From positions 1 to 18,016 of the forward strand of contig CALKEP010000084.1 of the NCBI GenBank assembly GCA_938084645.1: DNA of 18,016 bases, given 5' to 3'. Of this stretch, positions 9,701 to 17,174 are shown piece by piece. Under the pieces are notes generated by a model. The model was given only the letters and a program-made list of their open reading frames with translations, was not told the origin of the DNA and ran no database searches. The DNA comes from an uncultured Phycisphaerales bacterium (GTDB taxonomy: Bacteria; Planctomycetota; Phycisphaerae; Phycisphaerales; SM1A02). Both the position numbers and the translations under genes were made by a program. Within the stretch, counting starts at the first letter, position 1; the number at the start of each line of letters is the position of its first letter.

Positions 9701-10201
9701 TCAGCGACTGCGACCGAAGTGGGCGAAGGCCCGGTTGGCCTCGGCCATGCGGTGCGTGTTCTCGCGGGTGGTGACCGCCTTGCCCTCGTTGTGGGCGGCG
9801 TCCCAGAGTTCCTTCGCGAGTCGCATGTGGATCTGCTTGCCGCGTTCCTCGCGGGCGGAGACGATGATCCAGCGGAAGGTCAGCGACTGCTGGCGACGTC
9901 GGTTGAGCTGCATCGGGACCTGGTAGTTCGCACCACCGACCCGCTTCGAACGGACCTCGACCTGCGGCCGGACGTTGTCGAGCGCGAGGTGGAAGACCTC
10001 GAGCGCGGTGGGCGGCAGGTCCGGGGCCTTGCCGTCGTCGAGTCGCTTCTGGATCTCGTCGAACGCGTTGTAGACCACGCGGAACGCGGTGGCCTTGCGG
10101 CCGCCGAGCATCATGCAGTTGATGAATCGAGCGAGGACCAGATCCCCGAACTTGGGATCGGGCTTGAGCTGAGCGTCCGCCTTGGTGATACGACCGGCCA
10201 T
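9701..10201 (-). CDS. rpsG: 30S ribosomal protein S7
   Basis: PDPKFGD, RFINCMM..GRKATA, VRPQVEVRSKRVGGANYQVP and HRMAEANRAFAHF. SD TAAGGAG lies 7 nt before ATG 10201. Confidence 0.98.
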   Translation of the reverse strand: MAGRITKADAQLKPDPKFGDLVLARFINCMMLGGRKATAFRVVYNAFDEIQKRLDDGKAPDLPPTALEVFHLALDNVRPQVEVRSKRVGGANYQVPMQLNRRRQQSLTFRWIIVSAREERGKQIHMRLAKELWDAAHNEGKAVTTRENTHRMAEANRAFAHFGRSR

Positions 10202-10424
10202 GTGTCGACTCCTTACGGCTCGTCCGTTCCGTCGCCGTTTCACCGGGTCGAGCGGAACCTTCGTTCATCGCGATCTGGGACTTGGAGATTCCCGGGGTCT
10301 GGGTGACCGCGATTACTTGCCGATGGGTTGTTTCCCGTGGGACACGACGAACGTTCGTCGAGATCCCCCTCGGGGGAAGAAGAATGGGACGCGTGGTCCC
10401 GGTTGGATCAATGGAGCGTGGGGC

Positions 10425-10799
10425 TCACTTCTTGCCGCGCTTGACGCCGTACTTCGAACGGCCCTGCTGACGGCCGTCGACGCCGAGGCAGTCGAGCGAA
10501 CCACGAACGACGTGGTAGCGGACGCCGGGGAGGTCACGCACTCGTCCACCACGCACGAGCACGATGGAGTGCTCCTGGAGGTTGTGGCCTTCACCACCGA
10601 TGTAGGCGGTGATCTCCTTGCCGTTGGAGAGTCGAACCCGGGCCACCTTGCGAAGGGCCGAATTCGGCTTCTTGGGGGTGACGGTTCGAACCTGAAGGCA
10701 GACACCGCGTCGCTGCGGGCACGCGTCGAGGTCCTTGACCTTCGACTTCACGGGCTGGGGACGGCGGGGCTTGCGAACGAGTTGATTGATGGTCGGCAT
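10425..10799 (-). CDS. rpsL: 30S ribosomal protein S12
   Basis: [58 protein letters not shown] and RSKYG. Confidence 0.99.
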   Translation of the reverse strand: MPTINQLVRKPRRPQPVKSKVKDLDACPQRRGVCLQVRTVTPKKPNSALRKVARVRLSNGKEITAYIGGEGHNLQEHSIVLVRGGRVRDLPGVRYHVVRGSLDCLGVDGRQQGRSKYGVKRGKK

Positions 10800-10853
10800 G
10801 CAGGTTCTCTGTCAGTCGGATCGGCACGCCCCGGGAAATGGGGCGAGCCCGAG

Positions 10854-10882
10854 AGGATACCGGGACCCCGCTCGAAGGGCAA
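10854..10882 (-). promoter_or_regulatory. Sigma70-like promoter for rpsL-rpsG
   Basis: Minus strand TTGCCC-17 nt-TATCCT, about 55 nt upstream of the rpsL ATG. A small 5'UTR hairpin lies at 10827-10845. Confidence 0.6.
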
Positions 10883-10927
10883 GGATCGATTCCATCCGGA
10901 TACCACGCCACATCCGGGCCGGAGCGT

Positions 10928-11404
10928 TCACTCGACGACGCCCCCGATGCTTCGAATACCGTCCTTCACCAGGGCGTCGCATCGCTCGTTCTCGACGTGG
11001 CCGGTGTGCCCCCGAACCCACGTGCAGGTGAGGTCCAGCCGGGATACGAGGGAATCCAACTCCTTCCACAGCAGAACGTTAAGGACGGGCTTGGGTGGCT
11101 TTCCCGCTTTCATCCAGCCGCGGGCCTTCCAGCCCGCCATCCACTCCTCGATCCCCTGAAGGACGTACTTGCTGTCCGCCACCAGTTCGATCACCGGCTT
11201 TTCCGTGGCCGCATGAGCCAGTGCCGCCTCGAAACCGCGAATCACCGCCGTGAGCTCCATCCGGTTGTTGGTCGAGTCGGCCTCGCCCCCGAATGCCTCC
11301 TGGCGGTCGCCCTGCGGGGTCATCAGGACGAATGCCCATCCCCCCGGCCCCGGATTCGGGGCCGCTCCACCGTCGGTAAAGAGCCGGTAGCCTGATTCTG
11401 ACAT
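10928..11404 (-). CDS. rnhA: Ribonuclease HI
   Basis: LFTDGGAAPNPGPGGW, STNNRMELTA, DSKYV, W..W..RGW, PVLN..LW and WVRGHTGHVENERCD contain the D-E-D-D catalytic set. Start set at ATG 11404. Confidence 0.95.
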   Translation of the reverse strand: MSESGYRLFTDGGAAPNPGPGGWAFVLMTPQGDRQEAFGGEADSTNNRMELTAVIRGFEAALAHAATEKPVIELVADSKYVLQGIEEWMAGWKARGWMKAGKPPKPVLNVLLWKELDSLVSRLDLTCTWVRGHTGHVENERCDALVKDGIRSIGGVVE

Positions 11405-11449
11405 CGTGTCTGGGTTCCTTTGCCCCGGAATGGGGCGTCTTGAGATTCC

Positions 11450-11478
11450 TTGACACCCCATGGGGGGCCTCGTAACCT
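11450..11478 (+). promoter_or_regulatory. Sigma70-like promoter for rpmF and the fab cluster
   Basis: Perfect -35 TTGACA (11450-11455), 17-nt spacer, -10 TAACCT (11473-11478). Confidence 0.75.
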
Positions 11479-11559
11479 ATCCGATTCCCCCTACGGCACA
11501 CCCGTGTCCAAGGGCCGCCGACCGCTTTCTCCGATCTTCTCGATCCAGGAACACCGACG

Positions 11560-11748
11560 ATGTCCGTCCCCGCTTTCCGACAGTCCCCCGGTCGCACTCG
11601 ACGCCGTCGATCCCATGACGCGCTCGATCGGACCCACACCGTCCTCTGCCCGAACTGCGGCGGCGCGAAGCGTCCCCACACCGCCTGTCGGGAATGCGGC
11701 TACGTGCGTCCCGGCCTCCAGGTGAAGCCCACCAAGCCCACCGCCTGA
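11560..11748 (+). CDS. rpmF: 50S ribosomal protein L32 (Zn-ribbon, four-Cys form)
   Basis: MSVP..RQS..RTRRRRSH, CPNCG..KRPH.AC.ECGY; canonical position upstream of plsX. Confidence 0.95.
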   Translation: MSVPAFRQSPGRTRRRRSHDALDRTHTVLCPNCGGAKRPHTACRECGYVRPGLQVKPTKPTA

Positions 11749-11824
11749 CGTCCCCGCGACGAAGGCCCTGTCATCAAGAATCCGGGACGCGCGAACGGGT
11801 CCCGAAGCGGATACGCTTTTACGC

Positions 11825-12874
11825 ATGCGCATCGGCATCGACGTGACGGGTGGCGACAACGCCCCTCATGAAATCCTCAAGGGCTGTTTCGACGCGATCG
11901 ATCAGCTGGAACCGGACGACCGCCTCATCCTTGCGGGTGACGAGGCGGAGATCGCCGAAGCCCTCGTGGAACGCGGGATCAATGACGACCACCTCGAGAT
12001 CCTCCACTGCGAGGAGACCATCGGGATGAGCGAGTCCCCGGTGGAGGCGGTGCGGAACAAGCGCAAGAGCTCCATCGCGATGCTCTCGAAGATGAGCGGC
12101 CCGAAAGCGGGCGAGGACCGGCTCGACTGCTGGATCTCCGCGGGCAACACCGGCGCCTGCGTCACCGCCGCCCAGATGAACATGCGGCGCCTCCGCAACG
12201 TCCATCGCCCGGGCATCGCGGTCACCGTGCCGACCTTCAGCGGTCCCATCGTCCTGATCGACGTCGGCGCGAACATCGAACCGAAGCCCCACCATCTCGC
12301 CCAGTACGGCGCCATGGGCTCGATCTACGCCCAGCGGATCCTCGGAATCGACAACCCGCGGGTCGGACTGATGAACGTCGGCGGTGAAGAGGCGAAGGGC
12401 ACCGCGGATCTCAAGTTCGCCCGCGACATGCTCCGTGACTCCGAGGCCACGAACTTCATCGGCTACGTCGAGGGTCGCGGGGTCTTCGACGGCGAAGCCG
12501 ACGTGGTGGTGACCGACGGGATCGTCGGAAACGTGATGATCAAGCTCGCCGAGGGCCTCTCCGCGGGCATCTTCAAGGCGATCGCGAGCGAAGTCTTCGA
12601 GATCGATCCGGAACTCGCGATGCGATTCGAGCCGGTCGTGAAGAGCCTCTATAGCAAGCACGACTACCACGAATACGGTGGCGCGCCGCTGCTCGGGGTG
12701 AACGGGGTCTGCATGATCGCGCATGGTTCCGCCGTCGGCCGGACCATCACCAACGCGATCCGCCGTGGCCAGGAATTCGTCCGAAGCGGTGTCAACCAGG
12801 CGATCACCGAAACGCTCGCCTCGATCGGCCAGGAATCGCCCGACAGCTCGCCCGCAAGAGAAATCAAGACATGA
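11825..12874 (+). CDS. plsX: Phosphate acyltransferase PlsX
   Basis: MRIGIDVTGGDNAP, SAGNTGA, RPGIA, IDVGAN, VGLMNVGGEEAKG, DVVVTDG..GNV.IK, YGGAPLLGV and HGS. Confidence 0.96.
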   Translation: MRIGIDVTGGDNAPHEILKGCFDAIDQLEPDDRLILAGDEAEIAEALVERGINDDHLEILHCEETIGMSESPVEAVRNKRKSSIAMLSKMSGPKAGEDRLDCWISAGNTGACVTAAQMNMRRLRNVHRPGIAVTVPTFSGPIVLIDVGANIEPKPHHLAQYGAMGSIYAQRILGIDNPRVGLMNVGGEEAKGTADLKFARDMLRDSEATNFIGYVEGRGVFDGEADVVVTDGIVGNVMIKLAEGLSAGIFKAIASEVFEIDPELAMRFEPVVKSLYSKHDYHEYGGAPLLGVNGVCMIAHGSAVGRTITNAIRRGQEFVRSGVNQAITETLASIGQESPDSSPAREIKT

Positions 12875-13890
12875 ACGCATCCGACCTGACCGCGGGATTC
12901 AACCGCGGGGTTCGAATCGCGGGGACCGGATCCGCGGTGCCCGATCGCGTGCTCAGCAACCATGATCTCGCGAAGATGATGGACACCAGCGACGAGTGGA
13001 TCCAGCAACGGACGGGGATCCGCGAACGTCGCATCTGCGATCCGGAGAAGGGCGAAGGCACGCTCTGGCTCTCGGAGCAGGCCGCGACCCGGGCACTCGA
13101 GGATGCCGGACTGACCGGCGCGGACGTGGACCTCGTGATCGTCGCGACGGTCACCATGGAGATGACCTGCCCCTCGACCGCGGCCAGGCTCGCCGGGAAG
13201 CTCGGCGCGACGCCGGCCGGGGCCTTCGACATCACCGCGGCCTGCTGCGGTTTCATGTACGCGTTGAACCTCGCCGACAGCCTGATCCGGGTCGGCCGGG
13301 CGAATCGCATCCTCATCGTGGGATGCGACTGCATGAGTTCGATCATCGACTACGACGACCGATCCGTGTCGATCCTCTTCGGCGACGCCGCCGGCTCCGC
13401 GGTGCTCGAAGCCGTCGATGACCCGACCCGGGGCTCCGTGTACCAGTCGCTGCAGGCGGACGGACGGGGCTGGCCCTCGCTGTACATTCCGCGCAAGGCG
13501 TCGCAGATCGCCGAGGGCGACGAGGACAATCCGATCAAGCTTGGAAACCTGCGGATGAACGGCCGCGAGGTGTACAAGTTCGCGGTCACCCGATTCCAGC
13601 GGGCGATCAAGGACGCCTTCGAGAAGACCGGCCTCGAGCCCGACGAATTCGGCGCCTTCATCTGCCACCAGTCGAACGCTCGGATCATCGAGAGTGCCGT
13701 CGAGAAACTCGGCCTGCCCGAGGAGAAGGTGTACGTGAACATCGACCGCTTCGGAAACAGTTCCGCCGGATCGGTGGGCCTGTGCCTCGACCAGATGCGG
13801 AAAGCGGGCCGCATCGACGAATCGAAGCCGACCATGCTCGTCGCGTTCGGCGGCGGCATGACCTGGGCCAGTTCCGTCTGGCGACACTGA
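12871..13890 (+). CDS. fabH: Beta-ketoacyl-ACP synthase III
   Basis: DTSDEWIQQRTGIRERR, catalytic Cys (AACCGF), His (CHQSN) and Asn (GNSSA), plus FGGGMTW. ATGA overlap with plsX. Confidence 0.96.
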   Translation: MNASDLTAGFNRGVRIAGTGSAVPDRVLSNHDLAKMMDTSDEWIQQRTGIRERRICDPEKGEGTLWLSEQAATRALEDAGLTGADVDLVIVATVTMEMTCPSTAARLAGKLGATPAGAFDITAACCGFMYALNLADSLIRVGRANRILIVGCDCMSSIIDYDDRSVSILFGDAAGSAVLEAVDDPTRGSVYQSLQADGRGWPSLYIPRKASQIAEGDEDNPIKLGNLRMNGREVYKFAVTRFQRAIKDAFEKTGLEPDEFGAFICHQSNARIIESAVEKLGLPEEKVYVNIDRFGNSSAGSVGLCLDQMRKAGRIDESKPTMLVAFGGGMTWASSVWRH

Positions 13891-13990
13891 TCCCGCAACC
13901 GACGCCTCCGTGATTCCAGTCAAACGCCCACGCGTCTCCACGCCCCGCCACTCGGCGACGGATGTGGAGGACGCCCCGGAGAACCACGAC

Positions 13991-14956
13991 ATGAACAAGT
14001 CCAAGGTCGTCCTGCTCTGCCCCGGACAAGGGGCCCAGGTCGTCGGCATGGGGAAGGGCTGGATGGACGCCCACCCTGCCGCTGCGCAGACATTCGCCGC
14101 CGCCGACGAGGTCGTCGATCTCGGATCGATCGGCACGCTGACCAGCGTCTGCTTCGACGGTCCCGCCGACACCCTGAACCGAACCGACGTCAGCCAGCCC
14201 GCGCTGTTCACCGCCGCCGTGGCGAGTTACCAGGGACTGCTCGACGGATGGGGCAACGCGGATGTCCACGCGACCCTCGGTCTCTCCCTCGGCGAATACA
14301 CCGCCCTTCATCTCGCCGGCGCCTTCGGATTCCGCGACGGGCTCAAGCTCGTGGCCACCCGCGGCCGGTTGATGCAGGAAGCGGCGGAAGCATCCGAGGG
14401 AGGCATGGTCGCGCTGGTCGGCGCGGACGAGGCCCAGGCCGAGGCGGTCTGCGATGCCGCCCGAGGCGACGACGTGCTCGTGCCCGCGAATTTCAACGCC
14501 AAGGGACAGATCGTGATCTCGGGTTCCCGGACCGCCTGCGAACGAGCGGTCACCGCCGCCGGCGAGATGGGCCTTCGAGCCACCGCCCTCGCGGTGGCGG
14601 GGGCGTTCCACAGCCCCCTGATGGCCCCCGCGGCCGAAGGAATGGCCAAGGCGCTCGCCGAAGTGGATTTCCAGCCACTCTCGACCGTGGTCTACTCGAA
14701 CGTCACCGGAAAACCCCACGATCCTGATAATCCGGAACTTCTGAAGCAACGATTGATCGAACAATTGACGACTCCTGTACGATGGTCGTCGAACTGTGCG
14801 GATCTGGCCGAGTCGATTTCGGGGACTCCCGAGGACGAACGGCCACAGATCCACGAGCTCGCCCCCGGCAAGGTGCTGAAGGGGCTTTTCCGCCGAATCG
14901 ACAAGACCGTGGAGGTCACCAGCCATGACCAACCGGACCCGAAACCTGTTTCGTGA
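13991..14956 (+). CDS. fabD: Malonyl-CoA:ACP transacylase
   Basis: CPGQGAQ..GMG, SQPALF, GLSLGEY (catalytic Ser), RGRLMQ, AGAFHSPLM and QLTTPVRW. GGAG lies 9 nt before ATG 13991. Confidence 0.95.
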   Translation: MNKSKVVLLCPGQGAQVVGMGKGWMDAHPAAAQTFAAADEVVDLGSIGTLTSVCFDGPADTLNRTDVSQPALFTAAVASYQGLLDGWGNADVHATLGLSLGEYTALHLAGAFGFRDGLKLVATRGRLMQEAAEASEGGMVALVGADEAQAEAVCDAARGDDVLVPANFNAKGQIVISGSRTACERAVTAAGEMGLRATALAVAGAFHSPLMAPAAEGMAKALAEVDFQPLSTVVYSNVTGKPHDPDNPELLKQRLIEQLTTPVRWSSNCADLAESISGTPEDERPQIHELAPGKVLKGLFRRIDKTVEVTSHDQPDPKPVS

Positions 14957-15749
14957 CTTCATCGGCCTGACCGCCGTCGCCGGGCTTTCGCTCGGCATCG
15001 CCGGTTGCGGCTCCGAGCCCGCACCGCCCCCGGCCGCGCCGGTGGCGAAGAAGGCTCCCCCGCCGCCGCCGCCGGCCCCGCCGGCACCGAAGGTCACGCC
15101 GATCTCCGAATTGATCGCCCAGTACGGGATCGACCCTCGCGTGAATCTGTCCGAGGATCTCGCCCCGGACAACGATGCGGGACGGATCGCCGTGCTTCGC
15201 TTCTTCGACGGGTTCGCCCGCGGCGACGCCTCGCGTCTCAAGGGCATGATGTCCGGCATGGACGCGATGGTGCTCGGCGAGCTGGAGAAGTCCGGCGAGT
15301 GGAAGACCGCGACCAGCAACATCATCGGCATCGACGTCCGAACCGGAACGCACCCCGTCGTCGGTGAGTGCGCCCTCGCCGTCTTCATGGTGGGCAACCA
15401 GTTCGAACCCCAGCTCTGGGCCTTCGAGATCACGGGTGACCCCGCCGGCGATGGCGCCGAGTTCGACGCCCAGCCGTCGCCCCCGGACATGATGAACCGA
15501 CTCAGCGGCGACGACTGGATCGCCGCCTGGTTCCAGATCCTCGAGGACGAGATGGCCCGGGCGACCGCCCCGGACGAGATCATCGACATCCCGACGCAGG
15601 ACTTCACCGAGGAGGAGACCGGCAACTCGTCGATGGGCGCACCCGCAGGTGGTCCCGGTGGCGGCGGCCAGGGCGCCCCCGGCAAGCGCAAGCGACCCAA
15701 GGGGCCGAAGATCGATCCCAACCCCGGCTTCGCGCCCGGTTCCAACTGA
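14925..15749 (+). CDS. Putative lipoprotein of unknown function with a Pro-rich linker
   Basis: SD GGAGGT 8 nt before the ATG. Signal peptide ends in lipobox IAG-C28, followed by EPAPPPAAPVAKKAPPPPPPAPPAP, a globular region and a Gly/Pro/Lys-rich tail. Overlaps the end of fabD by 32 bp. Confidence 0.85.
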   Translation: MTNRTRNLFRDFIGLTAVAGLSLGIAGCGSEPAPPPAAPVAKKAPPPPPPAPPAPKVTPISELIAQYGIDPRVNLSEDLAPDNDAGRIAVLRFFDGFARGDASRLKGMMSGMDAMVLGELEKSGEWKTATSNIIGIDVRTGTHPVVGECALAVFMVGNQFEPQLWAFEITGDPAGDGAEFDAQPSPPDMMNRLSGDDWIAAWFQILEDEMARATAPDEIIDIPTQDFTEEETGNSSMGAPAGGPGGGGQGAPGKRKRPKGPKIDPNPGFAPGSN

Positions 15750-15792
15750 TCGCGACGCGCCGGCGTGAGGCCGGTTCCGCATGAGACACCAG

Positions 15793-15828
15793 AGAACGCG
15801 GCCTCCCTCGAGAGGCCGCGTTCTTTCT
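15793..15828 (+). terminator. Intrinsic terminator after the lipoprotein gene
   Basis: 13-bp stem AGAACGCGGCCTC-CCTCGA-GAGGCCGCGTTCT running into TTCT. Confidence 0.75.
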
Positions 15829-15934
15829 CGCTCCACGGGTTTCATGGCGTTCCGCGAGCACCGTGAATGGATGGCCCGTCCCGTTCAAAGCCCATCCGTG
15901 GCGGGCCGAACGCGACAGGAGCGGGGATGATCTG

Positions 15935-15940
15935 TACAAT
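15935..15940 (+). promoter_or_regulatory. Putative -10 element (TACAAT) for fabG
   Basis: 5/6 match to TATAAT, downstream of the terminator and about 80 nt before fabG. Confidence 0.5.
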
Positions 15941-16017
15941 TCCGGCTCGCGCAGCGTGACGCTGCATCCCTCCCTCGCCCGGGCGAGGCGAGACACCCCA
16001 TCCGCCGGAGCAAGCTC

Positions 16018-16752
16018 ATCGAATCCCGTCTCGCCATCGTGACCGGCGCCAGCCGCGGACTCGGACGCTCCATCGCCAGCCGACTCGCCGCGGACGGAAT
16101 GCACGTGATGGCGATCGCAAGATCCGCCGACCCGCTCCAGTCCCTCGTCGAGGAGATCGTCACCGCCGGCGGCAGCGCGGAGTTCCGGGTGTGCGACATC
16201 GGGGAAGCGAACGCCCTCGGCGAGTTGATCGAGGAGATCTCGGAGACCGCGGGACGGCTCGACGTCCTGGTCAACAACGCCGGCATCACCCGCGACGGCC
16301 TCCTGATGCGGATGAGCGACGAGGACTTCGACGACGTGGTGAACGTCAACCTTCGTTCCACCTTCGTCGCGTGCCGTGCCGCCGCCCGGCCCATGATGAA
16401 GGGCCGATACGGCAGAATCGTCAACATCGGTTCGGTGAGCGGAGTGACCGGGAATCCCGGCCAGGCCAACTATGCCGCGGCCAAGGCGGGCATGATCGGC
16501 CTCACCAAGACCGTCGCCAAGGAGCTCGGCGGCAAGGGCATCACCGCCAACGTGGTGGCCCCCGGCTTCATCAAGACCGACATGACCGAGGCGATGGTGC
16601 CGGTCCTCGAGCAGGAGATGGTCAAGCGAATCTCCGTCCGACGCCTCGGCGAGCCGTCGGACATCTCCTCCGCGGTCGCGTTCCTCGCCTCGGAAGAGGC
16701 CTCCTACGTCACCGGCCAGGTCCTGGTGGTCGACGGCGGCCTCGCACTCTGA
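16018..16752 (+). CDS. fabG: 3-oxoacyl-ACP reductase (inferred ATC start; first canonical codon is GTG 16039)
   Basis: RLAIVTGASRGLG (TGxxxGxG), LVNNAGITRD, GRIVNIGS, GQANYAAAK (YxxxK) and VTGQVLVVDGG; located between fabD and acpP. Confidence 0.95.
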   Translation: MESRLAIVTGASRGLGRSIASRLAADGMHVMAIARSADPLQSLVEEIVTAGGSAEFRVCDIGEANALGELIEEISETAGRLDVLVNNAGITRDGLLMRMSDEDFDDVVNVNLRSTFVACRAAARPMMKGRYGRIVNIGSVSGVTGNPGQANYAAAKAGMIGLTKTVAKELGGKGITANVVAPGFIKTDMTEAMVPVLEQEMVKRISVRRLGEPSDISSAVAFLASEEASYVTGQVLVVDGGLAL

Positions 16753-16815
16753 TCCACTGATCCGGCCTCCAGCCGGAAAACCAAGGGCCCTCCACAGGGG
16801 AAGGCCTTCAAGCGT

Positions 16816-16821
16816 TATCAT
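16816..16821 (+). promoter_or_regulatory. Putative -10 element (TATCAT) for acpP
   Basis: 5/6 match to TATAAT, about 48 nt before the acpP start. Confidence 0.45.
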
Positions 16822-16868
16822 CCCACCCATTGAGAAGGCCCCAGAAGGGCCCTCCAGGAGACCGACCC

Positions 16869-17117
16869 GTGACCGAAGCCGAGATCGAAGCCAAAGTGAT
16901 CGATATCGTCGCCGAGCAGATGGGCGTCGACCGCGCCGAAATCTCCCGAGAGACGAGTTTCACGAACGACTTGAACGCCGACAGCCTCGACACCGTCGAG
17001 TTGGTCATGGAGTTCGAGGACGAGTTCGAGACCTCGATTCCCGACGAGAACGCCGAGAAGATCCAGACCGTCGGCGAAGCGATCGAGTTCATCAAGACGA
17101 ACCTCAACAAGAGCTGA
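16869..17117 (+). CDS. acpP: Acyl carrier protein
   Basis: GTG start with AGGAG 8 nt upstream. [11 protein letters not shown]...[20 protein letters not shown] carries the phosphopantetheine Ser in DSL. Confidence 0.97.
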   Translation: MTEAEIEAKVIDIVAEQMGVDRAEISRETSFTNDLNADSLDTVELVMEFEDEFETSIPDENAEKIQTVGEAIEFIKTNLNKS

Positions 17118-17174
17118 CCTCTCGAAGGCCGGGCACGCCCGGATTTCGCAGGGTCAGGACACCCGACCTCGATC

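Noticed and set aside
10206..10248. Minus-strand CCCGGTGAAACGGCG...TAAGGAG loosely recalls a 23S rRNA segment near helix 69
   Set aside because: The match is short, made from memory, partly explained by the SD, and S7 binds 16S rather than 23S rRNA. Likely chance.
14279..14293. FabD active-site motif GLSLG instead of GHSLG
   Set aside because: A known natural variant; the catalytic Ser and the AFHS His are intact.
14925..14966. Possible Tat signal in the lipoprotein (RTRNLFRDFIG)
   Set aside because: There is no consecutive twin-arginine; a Sec/SpII lipoprotein is the simpler reading.
15016..15090. CCG-rich low-complexity tract
   Set aside because: It encodes the poly-Pro linker of the lipoprotein and is not an independent DNA repeat or CRISPR array.
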